Virus record (IMG/VR): IMGVR_UViG_3300020583_000016
Reading direction: 5' to 3' (one strand)
DNA: 20,000 bases
Source of the DNA: an uncultured virus (IMG/VR IMGVR_UViG_3300020583_000016)
Lineage: Duplodnaviria; Heunggongvirae; Uroviricota; Caudoviricetes
Position numbers and translations under genes: made by a program. The notes under the pieces are model-generated. The model made no database searches and was not told where the DNA came from. It saw only the letters and a program-made list of their open reading frames with translations. Below, in pieces: positions 1 to 7,664 of the stretch. Numbering within the stretch: position 1 is the first letter of the stretch; each line of letters starts with the position of its first letter.

Positions 1-1122
1 CCCGGCGCCGGTTGCGGTCAGACACAATGCGTTCGCGGTCGGCACCTTCATCACATAACCCACACCGACCGAATAGGAAAACGGCTGGCTTGCGGTTACT
101 CCCATTGCGCCGGTGAGGTTGGTCGTACCTGTCCCGCAACTTGAGCCGGTGCCGTACACCCACTGCAGCGTGCCTGCGGTCGCAATCTGCGATAGCTGGT
201 AACCGCACACGTAAATCGAATTCAGGGTTTGCGCTGCGATGATCTGTGTGGTTCCCGCGGCCGCGGCTATGACGGCGACACTTTGCTTCGGCAAGGATCC
301 GGACTGACAAGGATCGTTGACCGCGTGATTTGAGAGCCCTGGCACCGCAAAAACGTATTCACCGGTGATCGTGGTTCCCCCGCCGGGCGCGGTATAGGCA
401 ACCGTGGCGAAAGGACACGCGGTATCGGGAATTTGAAAGGCCTGGCCGCTCGAGCTATTTGCGAGTGTGACGTTAAGGGGCTGCGTTCCCGCGGTCGAGA
501 ACGTTCCTCCGAACCCGGTCACCGTGGAGCAAGTGATGGTGAGAGTTCCGCCGGCGATCGCGGTGCCGTATTTGAAAAAGTAAGTGCCGGCGCTCGAGCC
601 GAACGGAGTCTGAAAGGTGTCGGTTTCGTTCACCGTCGCATCGGCGCCGTTGTACTCCACTTTGTCGATCTGGCCGGCAAGATACGAACCGTTGTCCTCG
701 TTGAAGGTTGCCCACGCACCGCTATAGGAGAGTGTGAAAGTTGCGGTGTTCGGGCTGCAGGTCACAACGATTTGCGCTTTGGGATAGTAGCCGGTTCCTT
801 TCAGCGTTCCTGAAGTAAACAGGAATCCGGCGCCCGAGGGCTCGAGCACGTCTGAGATCTGCACGATGTTGCCGGACCGGTCGACTCCATCGATCACGGC
901 TTGAAACTTCGTCGCGCCGGTGACCGCGGTAAAACTCGCATAGTGCTGCGTCTGCCCTAGATTCTGAATCGGGAAAGTCTGCGCGGATCCGGTACAAGTT
1001 GCGTTTGTCGCAAGGGTCTGCTGTTCGGTTTGTGGTGCCACGTAGCCGATGAACTGCGCGTGCGCGACATCTGCGACAAACGCAACAAACGCAACAAACG
1101 CAACTAGGAAACTCTTTCGCAT
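1..1122 (-). CDS. Secreted beta-rich protein, putative spike/receptor-binding protein (3' end outside window, >=374 aa)
   Basis: Translated by hand: ATG at 1122, open frame to base 1, AGAAGG upstream. Starts MRKSFLVAFVAFVAFVADVAHA|QFIGYVAPQ (Sec signal with AHA site). Rich in T/G/S/A with 8 Cys. Absent from the ORF track because there is no stop in the window. Confidence 0.85.
   Translation of the reverse strand, partial: MRKSFLVAFVAFVAFVADVAHAQFIGYVAPQTEQQTLATNATCTGSAQTFPIQNLGQTQHYASFTAVTGATKFQAVIDGVDRSGNIVQISDVLEPSGAGFLFTSGTLKGTGYYPKAQIVVTCSPNTATFTLSYSGAWATFNEDNGSYLAGQIDKVEYNGADATVNETDTFQTPFGSSAGTYFFKYGTAIAGGTLTITCSTVTGFGGTFSTAGTQPLNVTLANSSSGQAFQIPDTACPFATVAYTAPGGGTTITGEYVFAVPGLSNHAVNDPCQSGSLPKQSVAVIAAAAGTTQIIAAQTLNSIYVCGYQLSQIATAGTLQWVYGTGSSCGTGTTNLTGAMGVTASQPFSYSVGVGYVMKVPTANALCLTATGAG
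1078..1104. repeat. 9-nt tandem repeat (aaacgcaac)x3 encoding VAF-VAF-VAF in the signal peptide h-region
   Basis: Directly visible as aaacgcaacaaacgcaacaaacgcaac, preceded by a degenerate copy (tgcgacaaa). Confidence 0.85.
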
Positions 1123-1127
1123 GCCTT

Positions 1128-1643
1128 CTAAGTCCAGATGTTTGAATCTTCGAGTTCGCGCGGGTAGAGATAGCCACACAACCGCGCGCCGGCTAGCTGG
1201 CCGGCAACTACGATTCCCCCGTTCGGGCCGGCGGGGTTGTTAAAGATCGTTACCGAGATCACTTGATTTTCGAAAATGCGAAAGCCGGAAATCTCGGTCG
1301 GGTTGGCCGGCGAACCGAGTGATGCGGGAATCGCGGCATAACTGTTCGCGGCCGGCGGGGGAGCTCCGTCGACTAGGATCCGCCAGAGAATGTCTCCGGT
1401 TCCCTCGGTCCATCCACCACCGACGAAGTTATTCGCAACTTTGTTGATCACACCGTTCCGGCCGATCGGGACGGTGAACTTCAGAATCGTTGCCTCTGCG
1501 TTGATCGCCGGCAGAGTCACGTAAGCGATCTGATCGATGTTTTCCCAATTGATTGGCGGATAGATCCACAGAGGCAAGCCCGTTCCCGCCATCTCGGGCG
1601 TGGGTGGATACATCCGGCGTACGCTGCGGCTGCTTTGTAACAC
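1128..1643 (-). CDS. Small beta-sandwich virion protein (putative minor capsid/penton-like), 171 aa
   Basis: GTG start directly after the upstream TAA, with AGGAG RBS. Alternating hydrophobic beta strands, ending in the strand ARLCGYLYP. Confidence 0.7.
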   Translation of the reverse strand: MLQSSRSVRRMYPPTPEMAGTGLPLWIYPPINWENIDQIAYVTLPAINAEATILKFTVPIGRNGVINKVANNFVGGGWTEGTGDILWRILVDGAPPPAANSYAAIPASLGSPANPTEISGFRIFENQVISVTIFNNPAGPNGGIVVAGQLAGARLCGYLYPRELEDSNIWT

Positions 1644-2201
1644 TTACTCTCCTATGCTCAGAACCGGGCCGCCTGGGAAATCGGGCACTCCTGGCCGCGG
1701 TTCGTTGAATCGCATGGCTAGACCGTAAAACATCATTTCGATGGTGTTGGTCACGGTTTCAAAGTTCTGTACCACCACAAGAAGCTGTGAGTCGGGTTCG
1801 TCGAAGGGATACGGCTCACGCAAGAAAAACGGTGATCTCGGTCCGCCTCCGTTATCGCCGCCGATGTTGGCGCGCATCACTCCGCGATCGGCAAAGCGGA
1901 GTTGCTTTTTGGTGTCATAGAACTGCGCGCGGAATCCGCCGTTGACATTCGACGTCGAGGTTGTGCCGATGGCGAGCAGTGTGAAATGACGTTGCAGGTT
2001 CACGCGCGCCTGTTGGGTGTCACGTGCGGCGAGAACAAAGTTCACGGCTTCCCAATCGGGACCCATTCCTTTCAGGTCACCGCATGGGGGATGTTTTTCT
2101 CCCATGCGGTACACCTGAACCTGATAGCGGAATAGGGGCAGCATCCGCGCGAGGGGATGCGTGAGCGTATGCCGCAACGTGTATGGTTTGACTCCTGGCA
2201 C
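1644..2201 (-). CDS. Small beta-sandwich virion protein, paralogue of 2216-2686, 185 aa
   Basis: PFFLREPYPF...TNTIEMMFYGL aligns by eye with AFPLAVPYIM...TNTVQVVFNGF of the neighbouring protein. Confidence 0.72.
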   Translation of the reverse strand: MPGVKPYTLRHTLTHPLARMLPLFRYQVQVYRMGEKHPPCGDLKGMGPDWEAVNFVLAARDTQQARVNLQRHFTLLAIGTTSTSNVNGGFRAQFYDTKKQLRFADRGVMRANIGGDNGGGPRSPFFLREPYPFDEPDSQLLVVVQNFETVTNTIEMMFYGLAMRFNEPRPGVPDFPGGPVLSIGE

Positions 2202-2215
2202 TTAGTTCACCCGCC

Positions 2216-2686
2216 TTAATTAACCTTGGGTCTAGGCCACAGTTTGAAACCGTTGAAAACCACCTGAACGGTGTTCGTTGCTCCGCTCGCATCTGTAAAC
2301 AGAAGCGAGTACACACGTGTGGCCGGCATGATGTAGGGCACCGCCAGGGGGAAGGCCGCGGCTGCCTGTGCGGTTCCCGCCCAGAGGTCGATATTGATGC
2401 CGTTGAACGTGGTCGCGCCCGATGTCGCACTCGCGGTGGTACCGATGAAATCGCGCCCGGTGGCTTGTTCTTTCATCAGCACTTTGAGCAAGTTCGATGT
2501 GCGCGAAGCTTCCACCCACCACCATTCAAAATCGGCGTCGCTCAAAATCTGCAACTGGTTCGGATCCTGGGTTGCGTTCGCCGGCACCGCGCGATCAAGC
2601 ACGTATTGAAAAAACTGCCGTTCAAACTGATCATCCTGATTCTGTTGCTGCGCTGGTTGCGCTTGCGTTGTTCCGTCTCCGTACAT
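2216..2686 (-). CDS. Putative single jelly-roll capsid protein (second/minor capsid), 156 aa
   Basis: Strong AAGGAGG RBS. About 8 predicted beta strands, Gln-rich N-terminus, and position directly downstream of the putative MCP. Confidence 0.72.
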   Translation of the reverse strand: MYGDGTTQAQPAQQQNQDDQFERQFFQYVLDRAVPANATQDPNQLQILSDADFEWWWVEASRTSNLLKVLMKEQATGRDFIGTTASATSGATTFNGINIDLWAGTAQAAAAFPLAVPYIMPATRVYSLLFTDASGATNTVQVVFNGFKLWPRPKVN

Positions 2687-2724
2687 GGCTAAACCTCCTT
2701 TCCCTGAAAATTCGGCACCCGGAT

Positions 2725-2765
2725 CGAACCGGATTGCTGCCCGCTCCCGAGAGCAATCCGATTCG
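2725..2765 (-). terminator. Intergenic stem-loop after the putative MCP (attenuator/mRNA stabiliser)
   Basis: cggattgct (2730-2738) pairs with agcaatccg (2752-2760), extended by cgaa/ttcg. No clear U-tract. Confidence 0.55.
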
Positions 2766-2782
2766 TCTCGAGTCCCTGTGGT

Positions 2783-3553
2783 TTACAGGATCGCTCGCGC
2801 CAATACTCCCTCGAGATACACGTGCAAGTTGATGCCGGTACCGACGAAGATTGTCGTGGGTGATGCTGCCAGCGTGGTGAACGCCGAAGATCCGGTGATC
2901 GTTGGATCGAGCACAACCGAAAAATTCTGGTTCTGTTCGATCAATTGACCGAGGATCGGTTCCATCGGATCGAGGCCGGGAATCTGTGGCATGGGGTCCG
3001 TGATGGTAGCGACGTTCTGCGCTGTGGGCCAACCGTTCGACGCGGTGCTTCCGAGGGTTGCTGCGGTCGGAGAGACACCACTCCAGAAACCACCGGCGCC
3101 GGCAGGACACTTGGACACAAGTGCAGTCCAATAGTCTTTGCCGCTGATCGTGAGTTGCGCCAGGGTCTGACCGATGAACGAGTTCAAGTCCTGCGGTCCA
3201 ACGTCAGAACGAAGTACAACTGCTACCGCTTTCACCAGGAATTTCTTGGGAGCATCGAGCATGCCGGGTTGGACCAAGTTCGTGTGATAGAGGGTCTTTG
3301 TGAACGCGGATCCGCCCGAGGGCGTGTAAGATGCACCGATCGGCTGTGCGAACAACTGCTGTTTCGTTACCGCCGTTGCCACTGCGACGCCGTAGAAGTC
3401 ATAGAGCGGCTGAACCAAGTACTCGAGTTGCCCTGCCACAATGGGGTTGTTGCGTAGCATCTTGAGTTTTGGCCGGCCGATCTCTCTCTCTTCTATGGCG
3501 TTGCAGCGATCAAAGCGCGACGTGTAACGAGATTTAAAATTTGTTTTGACCAT
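2783..3553 (-). CDS. Putative major capsid protein (inferred single jelly-roll), 256 aa
   Basis: AAGGAGG RBS and hairpins on both sides. Basic N-terminal arm, then a beta-rich body (QPLYD...KTLYHTNL..PGML..P.KFLVKAV...LHVYLEGVLAR) with no TM segment. Fold is inferred. Confidence 0.68.
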   Translation of the reverse strand: MVKTNFKSRYTSRFDRCNAIEEREIGRPKLKMLRNNPIVAGQLEYLVQPLYDFYGVAVATAVTKQQLFAQPIGASYTPSGGSAFTKTLYHTNLVQPGMLDAPKKFLVKAVAVVLRSDVGPQDLNSFIGQTLAQLTISGKDYWTALVSKCPAGAGGFWSGVSPTAATLGSTASNGWPTAQNVATITDPMPQIPGLDPMEPILGQLIEQNQNFSVVLDPTITGSSAFTTLAASPTTIFVGTGINLHVYLEGVLARAIL

Positions 3554-3583
3554 TTCTTTTCCGCCTCCTTTCGGGTCAGAATG

Positions 3584-3630
3584 CGCGGTTCAACCGCGAA
3601 GCTTTGAGGGAGTGCGCTATCCACACTCCC
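3584..3630. promoter_or_regulatory. Two short stem-loops in the leader of the putative MCP gene
   Basis: cgcggtt/aaccgcg (3584-3598) and gggagtg/cactccc (3608-3630). Confidence 0.5.
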
Positions 3631-4181
3631 TAGTAGTTGCCGGCGTAACGGCTGCGGAAACGATGGAACCCCATTCCCGCCATCTTTGCGGCTACGGCTG
3701 CCGGATGTACGGCAGTTCCGCCCGCTGCTGGCAATGCAATCGCTCCACCGGGGCCGGGAAAGAAGATCGATCCCGCTCCGCGGTTAAATGAACCGCCAGG
3801 TACGCCCGCTTGTAGGTACTGACTGGATGACGTCGGTACCGCGAAATAGGACGGTGCGTACAGTCCAAGTCCGATCGATTGCGCAACACCGAGTTGGTGC
3901 AGTGCCTTGATGATGGTTGCCACAAGGCCGCCTTTCACGAGTTCTTCACTCGCTTTTGCGCCTCCAACCATCTTGCCGGCAAAGCCCATTGCTACCGCCG
4001 CGGCTCCGGTTGCTGCCACTCCTGCCCATCCCTGTAAACTCGAGATGAGGCCTGAGACATACAGCGAACCGAGAGCACCGGCCGCATTCCATCCCGCATC
4101 GACCACAACCCCGCTCGATAGTCCGAACGGATTGCGTCGACGGCCGCGATGGTGATGCCGCCTTCTGTAGTGTTTCGCCAT
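3630..4181 (-). CDS. Virion membrane protein with Arg/His-rich N-terminus and 2-3 Gly/Ala-rich TM helices (183 aa; alternative GTG start at 4268)
   Basis: ATG at 4181 has AAGGAG 10 nt upstream. Sequence MAKHYRRRHHHRGRRRNP, then hydrophobic segments, ending MAGMGFHRFRSRYAGNY. Confidence 0.75.
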   Translation of the reverse strand: MAKHYRRRHHHRGRRRNPFGLSSGVVVDAGWNAAGALGSLYVSGLISSLQGWAGVAATGAAAVAMGFAGKMVGGAKASEELVKGGLVATIIKALHQLGVAQSIGLGLYAPSYFAVPTSSSQYLQAGVPGGSFNRGAGSIFFPGPGGAIALPAAGGTAVHPAAVAAKMAGMGFHRFRSRYAGNY

Positions 4182-4276
4182 TTGGGTTGTTCTCCTTTCT
4201 TCCCCGGCACCGGCGAAATAGCTTCGCGGTGTGTAAGAGGATGGATTGAAAATTCGTATCTGAGGCACGTTTCCCT

Positions 4277-4552
4277 CTAAGCTGCTTCGTCGACCGGGAT
4301 AACGTCTGCCTTGTTTGCGGTCATCACGGTTTCGACTTCGATGGCCTTCCCGTCTGGTTCAACCGAGATATCCACAAGATTTGCGTCGTCGTGCACTCGC
4401 AACACGGTGCCGGTGAAGCTGTGCGATTTGTCATGTGTCTGTGTGAATCGCACTCGAGTGCCTTCGCTGATTTCGTCGTGCTCCATTTCCTTTCCCTCCG
4501 TATGTTCCGCCGGCGCTTCGGCCGGCTTGTGGGACACGCGACGTCTCTTCAT
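4277..4552 (-). CDS. Small protein, possible SH3/KOW-like beta barrel (91 aa)
   Basis: ATG at 4552 follows GGAGGG. EGTRVRF...FTGTVLRV...LVDISVE pattern. Confidence 0.65.
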   Translation of the reverse strand: MKRRRVSHKPAEAPAEHTEGKEMEHDEISEGTRVRFTQTHDKSHSFTGTVLRVHDDANLVDISVEPDGKAIEVETVMTANKADVIPVDEAA

Positions 4553-4556
4553 GCCG

Positions 4557-5231
4557 CTACCCTCCGAACTGAAATTTCCCTTCGACGAAGTAGCCGGCAA
4601 GTCGCTCCGGATTCGAATCGTCGATCAAAAGCGCCATATGGTTGCCGGTTTCTGGATCCACCGTGCACTTGACGCGCGCAAACGTTCCGGAAGCTCCCAT
4701 CAGCATGATTTGCAGGTGCGTGATCGGATGAAGTACTCCGTACGTTCGGCCTTCGCGATTCGTAATCTTGTCTCTGACGCGATCACCGACCACGGGGCAG
4801 CCGGTGAGTAGTTGCGGAATCCGCGGTGCGGTCTCGCCGGCCGTCTTTGGAGTCCAGCGCGGATCCGGTATGTCGGGCAAAGGAATCATGCCCGTCGGTA
4901 ACAGCAAGCTTTGCTGATCGTTCGATAGCGCGATAATCGGCGCGTCTTTGTGCGTCAACCAATCGAGTGTTAGCGAGCTCCACAGAATCGATTGCTGCAC
5001 AGAGAACGGCACCAAGCTCGCCGGGATGTTGCCTTCCTGATTCGGGTTCGCGTACCGCGGGCGCGCCTGGCTCAGTCCTTTGGTCGAGCGCTGGCCTTCG
5101 AACAAAATCGCGGTGAGTCGGCCGATGATCCTGTATTTCCGGTCACGAATCGTTTCGCGCTGAAACTTCATCACGTCCGCGATGCGATAGCGGTTCTGAA
5201 TCACAATTCCGGGTGCGGTTGCTGTTGCCAA
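4557..5231 (-). CDS. Hypothetical protein (224 aa; start re-assigned to TTG 5231)
   Basis: GAGGAG lies 10 nt upstream of TTG 5231. The longer ORF start at 5363 would run through a 61-nt hairpin. Confidence 0.65.
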   Translation of the reverse strand: MATATAPGIVIQNRYRIADVMKFQRETIRDRKYRIIGRLTAILFEGQRSTKGLSQARPRYANPNQEGNIPASLVPFSVQQSILWSSLTLDWLTHKDAPIIALSNDQQSLLLPTGMIPLPDIPDPRWTPKTAGETAPRIPQLLTGCPVVGDRVRDKITNREGRTYGVLHPITHLQIMLMGASGTFARVKCTVDPETGNHMALLIDDSNPERLAGYFVEGKFQFGG

Positions 5232-5257
5232 GTTCTTTCTGCTCCTCAAAAAGTTCT

Positions 5258-5318
5258 CAAAGGGGACGGTCCCAGGGAGAGGGTCTGTCAGACTTTCTCT
5301 GGCGGGACCGCCCCTTTG
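5258..5318. promoter_or_regulatory. Long intergenic stem-loop
   Basis: caaagggg/cccctttg plus cggtccc/gggaccg plus inner gtctg/cagac. Confidence 0.65.
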
Positions 5319-5352
5319 CTTGCCGGGGTGCCTGACGGCTGTCCGGACAAGA

Positions 5353-6516
5353 TCAATTGACAATCCCTTCCCGTCTCACTTCGTACGCTCCACCTTCGAA
5401 CAAAATCCGTTTGTGCCGGCTGTCAAATAACACCGTTGGCCGTTCGTCCGTCTCTTCCCCGAGTTGGTGACGCCACTCGTCGTACTCGGGTTCTTTCACG
5501 TGTTCCTTGCGCTGCTTGTAATCGATGCGGCGCGCCTCCCCAAGTTCGAAGAGGCCGTCACCGCGATCGAGCGCGCGAAACACGGAAAGCGAGCCGGATA
5601 GATCCTGATCCCCACCCACGAAATACAAGTGCCGGGCTGATTCGTCAGAAACCAGAATGGGGCGGGGCTCTTTGAAATCGATCTGTTGCACCTGGCCGCC
5701 GGCGCGGGGTTTCACATAGAGCACCAAGAGTTCCCCGAGTTTTGCGTAATCACCGGCCGGCATGTGGGGCTCGGTTAGCGTTTCTTCCCACTCGACCGGC
5801 ATGCCGGTGAAATCTTCACGGATGCCCGCGGCGTCCGGATTCTGCCGGCGGATCGCTTTCTTCTGCCGTGACTTCGGGCGCCGGGTCCAGGGATGAAAAA
5901 CTCCCTTCTCGAAAGTTCCGAGCTCTACGTTCTTGCGGCGCTTCTTCAACAGTCCGGGGAGACTGGTTCCGATACTCGCGACGTCGAGCAGTGCACCGAT
6001 GCCGGGGTTCTGTCCTGGCGCAATTCCACCTTCCGGAATCCAGTCGTATTTGTGCTTTCCTGCGCGCGCTCGAGTCACACGCACCAGGCCCGCAACCCGT
6101 TTCTGTTTCCCTGTGCGGATCAAACCTGGCGCCTGATAGCTGGCACCCGCGGCGCGCGCGCGTAATGAACTGAACCGGTCGGGGTTCACGTTCGTGGGAT
6201 TCTGCCGCGGCGTGCGGATCACAATCGTCGTGCCGGGTGGCAGAGCAATTTCGCGTGTGTCGACTTCGCTCGGGTTCGCACCCATTACTAAAAGTTCGTG
6301 CGGGTTCTTCTGCGCTTTCTTTTTCCGTTTGATCGGGTTGGTGCGCGGGCTCATCACGATGTGCCGATAACCTTTGTTCGTGAGAGTCGACTTGATCCAT
6401 GCGCCTTTGGTTTTCTTCTCTTTCGCAATCGCGTCTTTCTTGTCCTTGAACGCACCATGAAACATGTAGCCGTAGCCGGCGCCCGCGTTCTTCCGTTTTT
6501 TCGTTCGTGCTGCCAT
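5353..6516 (-). CDS. Lys/Arg-rich core-like protein with seven NP motifs and an internally duplicated C-terminal domain (387 aa)
   Basis: ATG abuts the upstream TAG. Basic low-complexity N-terminal ~228 aa, then two LGE..Y...RP....D.....L/I.F.GG repeats. Confidence 0.8.
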   Translation of the reverse strand: MAARTKKRKNAGAGYGYMFHGAFKDKKDAIAKEKKTKGAWIKSTLTNKGYRHIVMSPRTNPIKRKKKAQKNPHELLVMGANPSEVDTREIALPPGTTIVIRTPRQNPTNVNPDRFSSLRARAAGASYQAPGLIRTGKQKRVAGLVRVTRARAGKHKYDWIPEGGIAPGQNPGIGALLDVASIGTSLPGLLKKRRKNVELGTFEKGVFHPWTRRPKSRQKKAIRRQNPDAAGIREDFTGMPVEWEETLTEPHMPAGDYAKLGELLVLYVKPRAGGQVQQIDFKEPRPILVSDESARHLYFVGGDQDLSGSLSVFRALDRGDGLFELGEARRIDYKQRKEHVKEPEYDEWRHQLGEETDERPTVLFDSRHKRILFEGGAYEVRREGIVN

Positions 6517-7257
6517 CTAGAAAAGTCTCTTCAGCAAAGGCACCGCTACCAGAAGTCCAATTCCTGCGATCGCAAGCGTTGTTGCGTTCTCGGAAACCCA
6601 CGTTGTTAAATCTGGCGCCGCGGACGGTGATGTCAAACCTGGCAAAGCGAAACCGCCCGGGTTCAACACGCCGGCTGCTTGATAATTTGGAGCGGTCGAG
6701 GGGCTCTGAACCTGGGTGATCGCGTCCGTTTGTGGGAACACTCCGGCAACCGCGTAAACATAGTGGCGAACAATCGAGATCACGTCATTCACGGAAGAAA
6801 AACCCATTCCGTTCGTGACTTGCAAAACCAGTGTTACGGAAAAGGGATTGTTCATTCCGATTGCGTTGGCGATGGTTGCGCCGATGCTCGCACTCGTCGG
6901 TGCCTGTAAAACCGTAAGCTGTCCGTCTCCGTTCAATTGGCTGACTACAGCGTTCACGAGTGATTGCGGATCTTGAACGGTGGTCCAGGTGCCTTTGTAA
7001 GTAAGAATTGCGCCTGGCGGAATCGAAGCATCTCCAAGAAATCCGAGAACGGCGCCGGCAAGCCCGTGAAGCTTGTAACCACCGGATTCGGTGAACGGTG
7101 GATTTTGTCCCATGCCGCGCAACCGCCAGGGCGCAAACGGATGACCGGCCGGTGTCGGTTTCACTCCGCTGAGCATGGTTGCTGCGAAAGGATCGGTTTC
7201 CCCGTAGGGCCGGTAACCCTGGCGATAGAGTGAGAGGTCGTAATTGACGTAACTCAA
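6517..7257 (-). CDS. C-terminally anchored virion protein (246 aa; TTG start overlapping upstream TGA)
   Basis: GGAGG RBS and TTGA overlap. C-terminus TLAIAGIGLLVAVPLLKRLF. Confidence 0.75.
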   Translation of the reverse strand: MSYVNYDLSLYRQGYRPYGETDPFAATMLSGVKPTPAGHPFAPWRLRGMGQNPPFTESGGYKLHGLAGAVLGFLGDASIPPGAILTYKGTWTTVQDPQSLVNAVVSQLNGDGQLTVLQAPTSASIGATIANAIGMNNPFSVTLVLQVTNGMGFSSVNDVISIVRHYVYAVAGVFPQTDAITQVQSPSTAPNYQAAGVLNPGGFALPGLTSPSAAPDLTTWVSENATTLAIAGIGLLVAVPLLKRLF

Positions 7258-7664
7258 CGTCGCCTCCCTGATGGTCCGCTGAGTAGGAGCACCGCGGCCG
7301 CGGCTGCAGCGAGAAGTAGCCACGTGCTCGAGCTCGTACCGGTCAATGGACTAAATAGCGATGACGTCACCGGCACCGCGACGCGCGGCGAAGGGCCGGG
7401 AGTCAAACCTTTTGTGAGGCTTGAAATCGCGGATGGAATCGAACTCGCGATCGCGCTACCGGCCGACGGAATCAGACTGGTCGCACCCTGTGCGGCTTGT
7501 GCGGCTGAAACGCTTTCCGCCTCCGTCAAACCGGGGTCGTTGTACATCGGGAAATCGTTAACACTCGTGTCGAACGTCTGCGGTGTCTGAATGTCGGTGA
7601 AGAGCGGACTATCTACAAGATCACCGAGGCCGCGGAAACTTCGACTTGAACGAACCACGTTCAT
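7254..7664 (-). CDS. C-terminally anchored Ser/Thr-rich virion protein (136 aa)
   Basis: ATGA overlap at 7661-7664. Starts MNVVRSSRSFRGLGD and ends WLLLAAAAAAVLLLSGPSGRRR. Confidence 0.75.
   Translation of the reverse strand: MNVVRSSRSFRGLGDLVDSPLFTDIQTPQTFDTSVNDFPMYNDPGLTEAESVSAAQAAQGATSLIPSAGSAIASSIPSAISSLTKGLTPGPSPRVAVPVTSSLFSPLTGTSSSTWLLLAAAAAAVLLLSGPSGRRR

Noticed and set aside
1078..1104. 9-nt tandem repeat as a CRISPR or phase-variation tract
   Set aside because: There are no spacers, and the unit is a multiple of 3, so slippage only changes signal peptide length.
433..1243. Track ORFs 433-813(+), 473-715(-), 722-1177(-) and 1049-1243(+)
   Set aside because: They are shadows of the real minus-strand gene 1-1122, which has an RBS, a signal peptide and coherent composition.
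4130..4181. Twin-arginine (Tat) signal in RGRRRNPFGL
   Set aside because: It does not fit S/T-R-R-x-F-L-K, and the RxNP pattern recurs in proteins with no following hydrophobic helix.
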